Of a stretch of DNA of 64,000 nucleotides, positions 39,808-49,432 are shown piece after piece. A program made the position numbers and the translations under genes. Source of the DNA: Solirubrobacteraceae bacterium. Lineage in GTDB: Bacteria; Actinomycetota; Thermoleophilia; Solirubrobacterales; Solirubrobacteraceae. A model generated the notes under the pieces. The model was not told the origin of the DNA. It saw only the letters and a list, made by a program, of their open reading frames with translations, and made no database searches. The first letter of the stretch is position 1. Each line of letters opens with the position of its first letter. The stretch covers positions 1,002 through 65,001 of the forward strand of contig DASSZV010000021.1 in assembly GCA_035702765.1 (NCBI GenBank), in the 5' to 3' direction.

Positions 39808-40378
39808 CCCCGAGCTTGCGGTAGACGCGGCGTGCGTGGGTGCGCACGGTCTCCACGCCGACGGACAGCTCGAGGGCGATCTCGGCGTTGGAGCGTCCGC
39901 GCTGGAGCAGGTGCAGGACCTCGGCCTCACGGGGGGTGAGCAGGTCCGGGCCGGCCGGCGGCGCCTGAGCGGCCGCCCCGAGGGTCGCCGCGGGCATCAC
40001 CTGCAACCCGCGCGAGGCGAGGTGGATGGCGTGGAGCACGTCCCGGGCCTCGGTGTGCTTGGCCAGGCACGCGTTGGCGCCGAAGGAGAGCAGCTGGCGG
40101 CACTCACCCGGGTCCGGGCGGTTGGCCAGGACGAGCAGGCGGACCTCGGGGAAGCGCCGGTGCAGCTCGCGCAGCTCGATGGCCGAGGCGAGCGACCCGA
40201 AGTTGATCACCGCGACCCGGGGGGCGAGTCGGGTGAGCGCGTCGCCGAGCTGGTCATGGCTGACGTCGTGGGCGACGAGCTCAAGCGCGGAGTCGCCGTC
40301 GATGAGGACGCGCAGACCCAATCCAACGATGTCCTCGAACTGGGCGAGGAGGACGGTGACGGGCGAGCGGTTGATCAT
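39761..40378 (-). CDS. LuxR/NarL-family response regulator with an atypical receiver
   Basis: C-terminal LTPREAEVL...SNAEIA..L.VGVETVRTH and a receiver-like N-terminus. Its 3' end overlaps asd. Confidence 0.88.
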   Translation of the reverse strand: MINRSPVTVLLAQFEDIVGLGLRVLIDGDSALELVAHDVSHDQLGDALTRLAPRVAVINFGSLASAIELRELHRRFPEVRLLVLANRPDPGECRQLLSFGANACLAKHTEARDVLHAIHLASRGLQVMPAATLGAAAQAPPAGPDLLTPREAEVLHLLQRGRSNAEIALELSVGVETVRTHARRVYRKLGVRTRRELRGATVRAS

Positions 40379-40582
40379 GGGCAGGTGTCCGGGGCTCCCC
40401 TGCCTCGACCCTGCAGGTTACTACACGGGTGACCCGGGGATCACCCGTTCTTGGTCACCCCTTCCACCCCAAGATCCCCCGGGGCAGGGGACGAATGACG
40501 CGCCACCGACGAGGATCATCCTGTTCACGGCAACTGGGAGCTGCCGCACAGAGATCTTTCATCAGGGACGGTTCAGGGGTTC

Positions 40583-40620
40583 GAAGGGGCGAGGCGCTCG
40601 GGAGGCGCTCTCGCCCCTTC
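40583..40620. terminator. Strong hairpin at the end of the site-2 protease gene
   Basis: GAAGGGGCGAG.../...CTCGCCCCTTC inverted repeat. Confidence 0.7.
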
Positions 40621-40625
40621 CGCGT

Positions 40626-41798
40626 TCAGGCCTGGGGTTGGGGGAACAGGCTGACCAGAGCACGCTTGACCTGGTCGAGCGTGACGACGCCGCGTACGAC
40701 GCCATTGCCGTCCACGGCGACGAGACCGCCGAGGCGCCCCAGGGCGGGGACGCTGAGCAGCTCCGACAGCGGGCGGTCCTCGCTCACCCGGGTCCCGCCG
40801 TCCTCGGCCTCGAGCATCAGGGCGATGCTCTGGTCACCCTCGCCGGCGTGGGCGGCGGCCTCGACCGCCGTGCGCTGGGAGATGCCCAGCAGATGCCCGG
40901 ACTCGTCGACGACGGGCAGCCACTGGGCGCCGTAGCGGTTAAAGTAGTCGTCGAGGGCGCTCTCGGCCGAGGTGCGGGAGGAGACCGTCACCGGCTCGTG
41001 ATCCATGATGTCGGACACCCGGATCGCGTCCATGCGCGCGCTCACCTGGCTCTGGCGAAGACTCGCGCGGGCCGAGCTGTAGATCATGTAGGCAATCACC
41101 ATCAGCCAGATCCCGGAGAAGGTGTCGTGCTGGAGCACGAGCAGCAGGCCGCCGCCGCCGATGAGCAGGGCGAGCCACTGGCCGAGGGTCGCCGCGGCCC
41201 GGGTGCCGGTGAGCTTGGAGTGGGTGCGCGCCCAGACAATCGACCGGGCGATGCGGCCACCGTCCAGCGGGTAGGCGGGGATCAGGTTGAAGACGAGGAT
41301 CGCCGCGTTCATGGCCAGCAGCCAGGAGAGCGAGAGCAGCACCGGGGTGAGGTGGACCGCGCCGTTGAGGCGGACGGCATCCCAGAGCCGGCTGGGCCCG
41401 ACGATGGCCAGGTCGACGCCGCCGCAGAGCAGTCCGAAGAGCAGGGTGCCCAGCGGACCGGCCACGGCGATGCGGAACTCCTCCCCGGGGGAGTCGGCGT
41501 CGCGGCTCATCTGGGTGACGCCGCCGAATAGGTACAGCTCGATGCGGGTCACCGTGATGCCCTCACGGCGCGCGGCGAAGGCGTGGCCAAGCTCATGGAG
41601 GATGAGCGAGACGAAGAACAGCATCACCGTCACCACGGTGGTGAGATAGGCGACGCCCGAGGACGATCCCAGCGCGGAACGGAAGGATCCGTTCAGCAGG
41701 AAGATCATCAAAAAGAGCATGACGAACCAGGTTCCGTCCACGCCGATCCGGATCCCGGCGACGCGCAGCAGCTTGATGGAACCAGCGGTGCGGAACAT
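40626..41798 (-). CDS. Site-2 protease (M50) with CBS domains
   Basis: Motifs HELGH, AVAGP and FNLIPAYPLDGGR, plus a C-terminal CBS pair. Confidence 0.93.
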   Translation of the reverse strand: MFRTAGSIKLLRVAGIRIGVDGTWFVMLFLMIFLLNGSFRSALGSSSGVAYLTTVVTVMLFFVSLILHELGHAFAARREGITVTRIELYLFGGVTQMSRDADSPGEEFRIAVAGPLGTLLFGLLCGGVDLAIVGPSRLWDAVRLNGAVHLTPVLLSLSWLLAMNAAILVFNLIPAYPLDGGRIARSIVWARTHSKLTGTRAAATLGQWLALLIGGGGLLLVLQHDTFSGIWLMVIAYMIYSSARASLRQSQVSARMDAIRVSDIMDHEPVTVSSRTSAESALDDYFNRYGAQWLPVVDESGHLLGISQRTAVEAAAHAGEGDQSIALMLEAEDGGTRVSEDRPLSELLSVPALGRLGGLVAVDGNGVVRGVVTLDQVKRALVSLFPQPQA

Positions 41799-41866
41799 GC
41801 TGCAATGGTGGCACAGGCCCCTGCGCCCCCATTGCCGCCCGATCCGCCCCAGCGTCAGGAGATCCC

Positions 41867-43384
41867 ATGAGTTCACAGCTGCAGCAGTTGCGCGAGGCCC
41901 TCGCCGAGGTGGAGGACCTCCGCCACGCCGCCGCAGTGGCCGAGTGGGATCAGCAGACCCAGATGCCTCCCCGGGGCGGGGCGGCTCGCGCGGAGGTGCT
42001 CGCCACCCTGGAGAAGGTTGCGCACGAGAAGTTCGCCGCCGCCTCGGTCGGGCGCCTGCTCGAGGGGGCAGCGGCCGAGCTGGAGAGCGCCGGTCGCCAG
42101 GACCCCTCCGATGACGACGTCGCCTTGGTCACCCACACGCGGCGGGTCTGGGAGAAGGCGCGGCGGGTGCCGACCGAGCTGGCCGCCGAGTTGGCCCGCG
42201 CCGCGTCGCTGGGGCAGGAGGTGTGGGTCAGGGCCCGGACCGAGAACGACTTCGGCGCCTTCGCCCCGGTGCTCAGTCATCAGATCGAGCTCAAGCGGCG
42301 GTACGTCGAGTGCTTCGAGGGCTTCGCGTGCGCCTATGACGCGCTGCTGGATGACTATGAGCCGCAGATGAAGACGGCGCAGGTGGCCGCGCTGTTCACC
42401 GAACTGCGAGACGCGCTCGTGCCGCTGATCGAGGCGGTGAGCCAGCGCGAGCTCGACGACTCGATCCTCCACGGTCACTTCCCGGTGGAGGACCAGCGCC
42501 GGCTCGTCCGCGAGGTCATCTCCCTCCAGGGCTGGAACGCCGAGGGCTGGCGCCTCGATGACGCCGCGCACCCCTTCGCCACCTCCTTTGCCAACTCCGA
42601 CGTGCGCATCACCGACCGCTGGGACGAGCGCTACTTCCCCTCCAGCCTGTACGGGGCCATGCATGAGACTGGACACGGTCTCTATGAGGCGGGGATCGCC
42701 GACGCGCTGATGCGCACGCCCCTGGGCCACGGCGTCTCCCTGGGGGTGCACGAGTCCCAGAGTCGGCTGTGGGAGAACATGGTCGGGCGCGGGCGTCCCT
42801 TCGCCCAGGTGCTGTCGCCGCGGGTCGTCGCGGTGTTCGGCGGCGCGCTGAGTGACCTGAGCCCCGAGCGGCTCTTCCGCGCCGTCAACCGCGTCGGCGG
42901 CTCACTCATCCGCGTCGAGGCGGACGAGGCGACCTACAGCCTGCACGTGATCATCCGCTTCGAGCTCGAGCAGGCCCTCATCGAGGGCCGGCTCGCCGTG
43001 GCCGACCTGCCCGAGGCCTGGAACGCCAAGTACCGCGACTACCTCGGGATCGAGGTGCCCTCCGACGCCGACGGTGTGCTCCAGGACGTCCACTGGTCAG
43101 CGGGCCTGTTCGGCTACTTCTCCACCTACGCGCTGGGCAACCTGATCGCCGGTCAGCTGTGGCGCCAGGCCCACCTCGATCTGGGCGATCTCGACGCTCA
43201 GATCGCCGCCGGGGAGCTGGCGGGTCTCCGGGAGTGGCTCAGGGTGAACGTGCACCATCACGGTGCCAAGTACCTCACCCCCGATCTGCTGCACCGGGTG
43301 GTCGGCACGGGGATCGAGGTGGGACCGTTCGTCGACTACCTCACGGCCAAGCTGTCGGACGTGTACGAGCTCACCCTCGCCTAG
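41867..43384 (+). CDS. Carboxypeptidase M32 (Taq family)
   Basis: Motifs WDQQT.MP, HPF, HETGH, HESQS, IRVEADE and LQDVHW. Confidence 0.96.
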   Translation: MSSQLQQLREALAEVEDLRHAAAVAEWDQQTQMPPRGGAARAEVLATLEKVAHEKFAAASVGRLLEGAAAELESAGRQDPSDDDVALVTHTRRVWEKARRVPTELAAELARAASLGQEVWVRARTENDFGAFAPVLSHQIELKRRYVECFEGFACAYDALLDDYEPQMKTAQVAALFTELRDALVPLIEAVSQRELDDSILHGHFPVEDQRRLVREVISLQGWNAEGWRLDDAAHPFATSFANSDVRITDRWDERYFPSSLYGAMHETGHGLYEAGIADALMRTPLGHGVSLGVHESQSRLWENMVGRGRPFAQVLSPRVVAVFGGALSDLSPERLFRAVNRVGGSLIRVEADEATYSLHVIIRFELEQALIEGRLAVADLPEAWNAKYRDYLGIEVPSDADGVLQDVHWSAGLFGYFSTYALGNLIAGQLWRQAHLDLGDLDAQIAAGELAGLREWLRVNVHHHGAKYLTPDLLHRVVGTGIEVGPFVDYLTAKLSDVYELTLA

Positions 43385-43467
43385 GGTGACGCCAGCGTCT
43401 CGGCCTCCGTGTCCGCGCGTGACCTCGTAGGATCGCTGGACCTCTCAGCCACCAGGAGAAGAAATCT

Positions 43468-44457
43468 GTGAGCACCACTCCCGTGAAGGTCGCCGTCACC
43501 GGCGCCGCCGGCCAGATCGGCTACGCACTGCTGTTCCGCATCGCCAGCGGCCAACTGCTCGGCCCTGACACCCCCGTCGCGCTGTCACTGCTGGAGATCA
43601 CCCCCGCCCTGAAGGCGGCCGAGGGCACCGCGATGGAGCTGGACGACTGCGCCTTTGGCCTGCTGTCCTCGATCGACATCTCCGACGACCCGAACGTCGC
43701 CTTCGACGGGGTCAACATCGCCATGCTCGTCGGCGCGCGTCCGCGCGGTGCGGGGATGGAACGCTCTGACCTGCTCCAGGCCAACGGCGGCATCTTCAAG
43801 CCCCAGGGCCAGGCCCTCAACGCCCACGCCGCCTCCGACGTCAAGGTGCTCGTGGTGGGCAACCCGGCGAACACCAACGCGCTCATCGCCCGCTCCAACG
43901 CGCCCGACATTCCGGCCGAGCGCTTCACGGCCATGACTCGCCTGGATCACAACCGCGCCAAGGCCCAGCTGGCCAAGAAGACGGACACCGCAGTGGCCGA
44001 CATCACCCGGGTGACCATCTGGGGCAACCACTCCGCCACTCAGTATCCGGACATCTTCCACGCCAAGCTGGCCGGAGCGGATGCAGCCCAGACCATCGAC
44101 GATCAGGCATGGCTGGAGAATGACTTCATCCCCACGGTGCAGAAGCGCGGTGCGGCGATCATTGACGCCCGCGGTGCCTCCTCGGCGGCCTCGGCGGCCA
44201 ACGCGGCCATCGATCACGTTCATGACTGGGTGCTCGGCACCCCCGAGGGGGACTGGGTGTCGATGGCCGTGCCCTCGGACGGCTCCTATGGTGTGGCCGA
44301 AGGGCTCATCTCCTCCTTCCCGGTGACCACGGCCAACGGTGAATACTCGATCGTCCAGGGCCTCGAGGTGAGTGACTTCTCCCGGGCCAAGATCGACGCC
44401 TCGGTGAACGAGCTGGCCGAGGAGCGCGAGGCGATCCGTCAGCTCGGGCTCATCTAG
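43468..44457 (+). CDS. mdh: Malate dehydrogenase
   Basis: Motifs [26 protein letters not shown] and IWGNHS. AGGAG RBS. Confidence 0.97.
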   Translation: MSTTPVKVAVTGAAGQIGYALLFRIASGQLLGPDTPVALSLLEITPALKAAEGTAMELDDCAFGLLSSIDISDDPNVAFDGVNIAMLVGARPRGAGMERSDLLQANGGIFKPQGQALNAHAASDVKVLVVGNPANTNALIARSNAPDIPAERFTAMTRLDHNRAKAQLAKKTDTAVADITRVTIWGNHSATQYPDIFHAKLAGADAAQTIDDQAWLENDFIPTVQKRGAAIIDARGASSAASAANAAIDHVHDWVLGTPEGDWVSMAVPSDGSYGVAEGLISSFPVTTANGEYSIVQGLEVSDFSRAKIDASVNELAEEREAIRQLGLI

Positions 44458-44482
44458 AGCGAGACGCGTTGTCATGGGGCGG

Positions 44483-44504
44483 GGGCGGGCGACCTGGCCC
44501 GCCC
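44483..44504. terminator. Hairpin after mdh
   Basis: GGGCGGGC-N6-GCCCGCCC. Confidence 0.5.
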
Positions 44505-44528
44505 AGCCCGATGATGTGTCAGTCCCGG

Positions 44529-44963
44529 CTACTGCGCCTGGGTCGGATCGGGGGTCGACTCGGCACCCTCCACCGGGTGCCAGCCCTGGCCCTCGCGCTT
44601 GACCAGTCCGTCGGAGACGAGCTTGGGCATGACGCGGTAGAGGTAATTGGGCTCGATGTGGAGCTGCTCGGCGATCTGGGGGATGGTGATCCCCGGCTGG
44701 GCTCGCACCAGATCGAGCGCCTGATTGGAGCGGGTGTTGCCCCCGCGTCGTCCCCGGGGGCGTCCCGGACCGCGACGGCGACCGCCGTGCCCGGAGGTTG
44801 ATCCCGCGCTCGCGGTCGTGGAGGTGCTGCCCTTGGGCCGGCCGGGGCCCCGCCGGATCCCGATCAGCGCCGTGCGCGCCGCCTCGAGCCGGGTGAGCTC
44901 CTCACGTAGCTCGGCCATGCGACTGTCGATCTCTCGAACGGTCGCGTCAACGAAATCCGCCAT
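44529..44963 (-). CDS. DNA-binding protein: coiled coil, two AT-hooks and winged HTH
   Basis: AAGGAG RBS. Contains RRGPGRPKG, RRGPGRPRG and QPGITIPQIAEQL...YLYRVM..LV.DGLV. Confidence 0.8.
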   Translation of the reverse strand: MADFVDATVREIDSRMAELREELTRLEAARTALIGIRRGPGRPKGSTSTTASAGSTSGHGGRRRGPGRPRGRRGGNTRSNQALDLVRAQPGITIPQIAEQLHIEPNYLYRVMPKLVSDGLVKREGQGWHPVEGAESTPDPTQAQ

Positions 44964-45051
44964 GTGGGCAGGTCTCCTTCAGTTCAGGTGGTGTTGACGA
45001 ATACCGTGACCCTAGCGGGTGAAGTGACACCATCGGAGGCGGATTGGTGAG

Positions 45052-45498
45052 TTAGTTCTCCATCAATGCCTTCAATTTCTCCAGCGACCGCCGGGCCTCG
45101 CGCTCGGAGGCGCTCCCGACGATGACCTTCGACGCGGCCAGGCCGATGCGTCCACCGGGTGTGGAGAAATCGTTGGTGTACTCAAACCGGGTCGGCCCCT
45201 CGACCGGCCCGGAGATGCGGTAGCGGATGAACGCTCGGGCTCCGGCTGGACCGCGTCCCTGCCATTCGGCCTCGCGCGGGGGTATCGCAGTGACGAGGGT
45301 CCAGTGAACGGTGATTGACACCCCGCGCATGGACAGGACCTGGTCCATGGTCGCCCCGGGCTCCTGCGCGGAAGCCGAGGTGAGGGTGACAGACCGGTGG
45401 ATGGTCACCCAGTCAGCCAGCCGGTTCGGGTCCATGACCAGGTCAAAGACGCTCTGGGGCGGAGCGTCGATGGAGATCGCGGCGGTGACCTGGCTCAT
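45052..45498 (-). CDS. SRPBCC (START-like) family protein
   Basis: ISIDAPPQSVFDLV.DP.RLADW and C-terminal SLEKLKALME. Confidence 0.88.
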   Translation of the reverse strand: MSQVTAAISIDAPPQSVFDLVMDPNRLADWVTIHRSVTLTSASAQEPGATMDQVLSMRGVSITVHWTLVTAIPPREAEWQGRGPAGARAFIRYRISGPVEGPTRFEYTNDFSTPGGRIGLAASKVIVGSASEREARRSLEKLKALMEN

Positions 45499-45510
45499 GT
45501 GCGCGCCCGC

Positions 45511-46440
45511 CTAGCGAGCCCGGAGGGGCTCGGTACGTTCCCACGCCCCGAGCGCGTGTTCGATGGCGGCGTCGAGCCGGTGGCGGCGGACCCCGAGCAG
45601 ATCCGCGGCCCGGGTGCCGTCGAGCAAGAGATCGGAGTCCAGGCTCTCCATGAGCGGACCGATGAACCCCGGATCCTCGCTGGCGATCAGCGCAGCCACG
45701 CGGGAGGCGATCGCGGTGAGGGTGAGCCCGGGGAGTCCGAGCGTCGGCCGGCCGAGCACCATCAGGTCACGGATGCGCTCGATCAGCTGTCGGTAGGAGA
45801 GGACGTCCGGTCCGGCCACCTCCAGGGTCTGGCGACCGATGTCGGGCACCATCGCCCCGCGGGTGAGAAAGGCGCTCACATCACGCTCGTCGACCGGGGC
45901 GGTGCGGAAGTCCCGCCAGGCCGGCAGGACGAGCACGGGCAGTCGTTCGACGAGCCGGACGAGGAAGCGGAAGGACCGTGAGTGGGCGCCGATGACGATC
46001 GAGGCGCGGAAGGCGAGGAACTCCGGGGTCGCGTCAGCCAAACGGCGCTCCACCGCGAGCCGGCTGGCCAGATGAGGGGAGAGCTCGGCGTCCAGCGGCA
46101 CCGGACCGCCCAGGTAGAGGGTTCGGCGCACCCCGGCGAGCTGGGCGGCGAAGGCGTAGTTCTCCGCCGCCCGATGCTCGAGCACCGGGAAGGCGCTTCC
46201 GGCCCCGGATTCCATCGAGTGGATGAGGAAGTAGGCGACCTCGACGCCGCGCATCGCGCGGTCCAGGCCGGCGCCGGAGATCGCGTCGCCGCGGTGGAAG
46301 TCGACGCCCGCGAGACCGGGTTGGCGCCGCAGGTCCGGGGGGTGTCGGCTGAGCCCGCGCACCCGGTGGCCGTCGGCCATCAGCTGGGCGGCGAGCGCGG
46401 ACCCGACTGCGCCCGTGACACCGAGGATGAGGATCTCCAT
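45511..46440 (-). CDS. NAD(P)H-binding atypical SDR protein
   Basis: Motifs LGVTGAVG, YFLIHSM, SPHLASR and RASIVIG. Confidence 0.88.
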   Translation of the reverse strand: MEILILGVTGAVGSALAAQLMADGHRVRGLSRHPPDLRRQPGLAGVDFHRGDAISGAGLDRAMRGVEVAYFLIHSMESGAGSAFPVLEHRAAENYAFAAQLAGVRRTLYLGGPVPLDAELSPHLASRLAVERRLADATPEFLAFRASIVIGAHSRSFRFLVRLVERLPVLVLPAWRDFRTAPVDERDVSAFLTRGAMVPDIGRQTLEVAGPDVLSYRQLIERIRDLMVLGRPTLGLPGLTLTAIASRVAALIASEDPGFIGPLMESLDSDLLLDGTRAADLLGVRRHRLDAAIEHALGAWERTEPLRAR

Positions 46441-46592
46441 GGCTTCAGAGAAAGCTACGGAAAATGCGGGGGCTTCCGCGTTGCGGTCGAAAAAAACCCG
46501 CTCAGAGCAGGTAAATGTGTGCGGCGGGAAAGTGTTGCGTTTTCCGGGATTCGCGGTTGCCCGGGCTCTGGGGACCCGCTTTAGTGACGGCC

Positions 46593-46823
46593 ATGCCGAA
46601 CGGAGTCACGAGTCCTGCCAAGCCCACCTGCGAGAGCTGTTTCTTCGGCGAGAACATGCTCTGCGCGGTGACCCAGGCGGGGCCGTGCCCGACCTATCGG
46701 CCCAACCGCGAGGGCGGCCTGCGCCCGCCCCAGCAGCTGCGCATGGCCTTCCGGCACGAGCGCCGCCTGCAGGTGGCCTGGGCGTTTCCCTCGGCCAGTG
46801 AACAGGTAGCTCTTCACGGGTAG
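46593..46823 (+). CDS. Small Cys-motif hypothetical protein
   Basis: 76 aa with CESC-x7-C-x7-CP and typical codon usage. Confidence 0.7.
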   Translation: MPNGVTSPAKPTCESCFFGENMLCAVTQAGPCPTYRPNREGGLRPPQQLRMAFRHERRLQVAWAFPSASEQVALHG

Positions 46824-46883
46824 AGCGTTCCGGCTCAGCGGCGCCGGTATGCTCACAACCCCCTGCCGCCAAAGGAGAAACCC

Positions 46884-47393
46884 ATGGCCAAGCGCAAAAC
46901 GGTCACTGACGCAGCGTCTGCTGCGAGCGATCTCGCCGAGGAGGCCAGCTCCCTCCTCAGGCGACTCATCGACGAGTCCCAGCTGCGTGACGCCGTCGCC
47001 TCGCTCATCGAGGAGGGGCACGCCCGCGCGGAGGAGCTGCCGTCCCGAGGACGCCGCGCCCGCAAGCAGGCCAAGAAGCAGCTCAAGGCTGCGCGCAAGC
47101 AGGCATCCCAGCAGCTCACCGCCACCCGCAAGAAGGCCGAGAAGCAGCAGAAGAAGCTGGCTCGCAAGGGTGCCGCCGCCGCGGCCGAGGGCCGTGAGCT
47201 GGTGAAGCAGAACAAGCCCGGGATCAAGGGACGCCTCGTGCTCGTCCTCGCCGGGACGGTGGGTGCCCTCGCCGTGTCCGAGACGCTGCGCTCCAAGGTG
47301 CTCGACCTGCTCTTCGGCGCCGAGGAGGAGTTCCAGTACACCCCACCGGAGCCGCCCGCCCAGGGCACCTCAGCCCCGCTCTCCGCGGCCTGA
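46884..47393 (+). CDS. Lys-rich hypothetical protein with a C-terminal hydrophobic segment
   Basis: AAAGGAG RBS, a K/Q/A-rich helix and RLVLVLAGTVGALAV. Confidence 0.75.
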   Translation: MAKRKTVTDAASAASDLAEEASSLLRRLIDESQLRDAVASLIEEGHARAEELPSRGRRARKQAKKQLKAARKQASQQLTATRKKAEKQQKKLARKGAAAAAEGRELVKQNKPGIKGRLVLVLAGTVGALAVSETLRSKVLDLLFGAEEEFQYTPPEPPAQGTSAPLSAA

Positions 47394-47444
47394 CCGACGG
47401 TCCTGAGCACACGACTGCGCCTGCTGATCGCCACGGTCCTCACC

Positions 47445-48071
47445 GTGGCGATCGTCGTTTTTGGGGTGGGCCAGCTCATCCTGCCCGGGTTGGCCGCCCA
47501 GAGCGTCCGGGCGCGCCTGTCAGGCAACGGCCGCGTGCTCAACGTGAGCGTGTCCGCCTTCCCCGCGGTGGAGCTGCTGTTCGGGGACGCCGACCGGGTC
47601 ACCGTGTCGATGGCCTCCTACCGGGGCGGAGAGTCGGAGCTGGCGTCGCGGATCCAGCAGAGCTCCGGGGTCTCCGAGCTCACCGTGCATGTCGCCCAGG
47701 TCCGTTCGGGCCTGCTCACCCTTGACGCCGTCACCGTCACCAAGCATGGCGCCGAGCTGCAGGGCAGCGGCACGCTCACCGAGGCGAACCTCCGCGCCGC
47801 GATCCCGTTCCTGCAGTCGGTCAGCGCCCTGGGCGACGCCGACGGCGGCGTCGTGCTGCGCGGCCGGGCCCAGGTCCCCTTCCTGGGGGACATCAGCGCC
47901 GACGCGCTGGTGACGCCCCGGAGCGGCCGCCTCGTCGTCTCCGGGGTCGGGCTCCTGGGCAGCTTTCTGCACCTCACCGTCTTTGCCTCACCTCACCTGC
48001 ACGTCGAGTCGATCACCGGCCGGCCGGTGGTCGGTGGTCTGTTCCTCTCCGCCCGCGCGCGTCAGTCCTGA
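47445..48071 (+). CDS. LmeA/DUF2993-like exported protein (start may be slightly upstream)
   Basis: N-terminal TM segment and VSVSAFPAVELLFG.ADRVTV. Confidence 0.65.
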   Translation: MAIVVFGVGQLILPGLAAQSVRARLSGNGRVLNVSVSAFPAVELLFGDADRVTVSMASYRGGESELASRIQQSSGVSELTVHVAQVRSGLLTLDAVTVTKHGAELQGSGTLTEANLRAAIPFLQSVSALGDADGGVVLRGRAQVPFLGDISADALVTPRSGRLVVSGVGLLGSFLHLTVFASPHLHVESITGRPVVGGLFLSARARQS

Positions 48072-48095
48072 TCCCGAGTGCAGCCGTCATCCTTG

Positions 48096-48123
48096 CGGGA
48101 AGGAATCGCCACGGGCGGTGTCT
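48096..48123 (+). promoter_or_regulatory. Putative ECF promoter, copy 1
   Basis: CGGGAAGG-N14-GTGTCT. Confidence 0.6.
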
Positions 48124-48133
48124 AGGAGATCAA

Positions 48134-48790
48134 GTGGACTCTCACCGGGAACCTGAATGGATCGTTCGCGCCCTCGCCGAGGCCGCCGAGCGGGAGCGCG
48201 CGCCGATGGCCCTGCGCGAGCGCCTCGCCGCCGCGGCGCTGGCCGGGCCCCGGCACCGCAGTCCATCGTCCGGGTGGGCCGCCCGGGGCCGCCTGCTGCT
48301 CCCGGCCATGGGTCTGCTCGCCGGCCTGGCGCTGGCCATCATCCTGCTGCTGCCCGGGGCCGCGCCCGCCGGCCCGTCGGTGGCCCAGGCGGCGAGTCTC
48401 GGGGTACGCGGCGGCGGTCGGCTGCTCAGCACCGGCCGGGCCGGAGGCTGGGTCTATCCGCCGCCGGGAGCGCGCCATGGGCCGCTGGATCTGCGCGGCG
48501 TGCGCTTCCCCGCGGAGCTGTCCGGCCACGGGGACTGGCGGCCCGCAGGCTCGGCGGTGGTGATGCTGGCGGGTCGGCGTCTGCTGGAGATCCGCTATCA
48601 CCACGCCGGCTGGAGTCTCACCTACCTCGTCGCGGCCGCTCCGACGCTGGCCGGCCAGCGCGGGGGCTACAGCACCTTCGCCCTCCGGGGCCGCCCGGTC
48701 GTCTCCTGGGTCCAGGCGGGTCACTCCTGTCTGCTCGTCGGCTCGGCCGGCACCTCGCGCCGCGTTCTGTTGGCGCTCGCCCGCAGCTGA
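48134..48790 (+). CDS. Putative membrane anti-sigma factor
   Basis: Short cytoplasmic N-terminus with APMALRERL, one TM helix and an extracytoplasmic domain. Adjacent to an ECF sigma gene. Confidence 0.6.
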   Translation: MDSHREPEWIVRALAEAAERERAPMALRERLAAAALAGPRHRSPSSGWAARGRLLLPAMGLLAGLALAIILLLPGAAPAGPSVAQAASLGVRGGGRLLSTGRAGGWVYPPPGARHGPLDLRGVRFPAELSGHGDWRPAGSAVVMLAGRRLLEIRYHHAGWSLTYLVAAAPTLAGQRGGYSTFALRGRPVVSWVQAGHSCLLVGSAGTSRRVLLALARS

Positions 48791-48802
48791 GCGTCGCGTC
48801 GC

Positions 48803-49306
48803 TCAGGCCCTCTCGGCCTCACCCAGGGCCGAGGCGAGCCGCCGGCGTCCGCGGTGCACCCGGGTGGTGAGCGTCGCCTCCTTGACCTTCAACGCTCGGG
48901 CCGCCTCACCGTAGGAGAGTCCCATGACGTCGACGGCGATCACCGCGTCGCGGAAGTCCCCGGGGAGCGCGGAGATCGCCGCGTAGAGCTCGACGGCGTC
49001 GAGGTGTCGCTGGGGGTCGGGTGCGCGGCGATCCTCGATCAGCGAGAGGTCCTCGGGCATGGCCACCTCCGGGGGCCGGCGCGTCCGGGCCCGGTAGGTC
49101 GAGCGGAAGGTGTTCTGCAGGCTGCGCAGCAGATAGCCCAGGTCGTCGTCGCTGCGCAGAAAGCGTGGCCGTCCGAGGACCCGCGCGAAGGTGTCCTGGA
49201 CGAGGTCCTCGGCATCCTCGCGGGACCCACACAGACTCCACGCCGCCCGGTAGAGGCGGTCGAGGTGATCTCCGAGACGATCCGGATCCAGCTGATGCCC
49301 CGTCAT
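48803..49306 (-). CDS. ECF RNA polymerase sigma factor
   Basis: Motifs RLYRAAWSLCGSREDAEDLVQDTF and LP..FRDAV...DVMGLSYGEAA. Confidence 0.93.
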   Translation of the reverse strand: MTGHQLDPDRLGDHLDRLYRAAWSLCGSREDAEDLVQDTFARVLGRPRFLRSDDDLGYLLRSLQNTFRSTYRARTRRPPEVAMPEDLSLIEDRRAPDPQRHLDAVELYAAISALPGDFRDAVIAVDVMGLSYGEAARALKVKEATLTTRVHRGRRRLASALGEAERA

Positions 49307-49371
49307 CTGCGCGGAGGCCAGCTTAGGGATGGCGCCCGCGACCGCGCCCAGGGCCGGCTCCGCCCCCTCGC

Positions 49372-49399
49372 CGGGAAGGTTTTCGTCCCGCGGGCGTCC
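49372..49399 (+). promoter_or_regulatory. Putative ECF promoter, copy 2
   Basis: CGGGAAGG-N14-GCGTCC. Confidence 0.6.
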
Positions 49400-49432
49400 T
49401 GGAGAGCAGACCATGTCCTCTAGGAGACCCAG

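Noticed and set aside
46500-46592. Riboswitch or SigB/SigF promoter upstream of the small Cys protein
   Set aside because: There is no recognisable riboswitch core, and the GGGAAA lacks a properly spaced -35.
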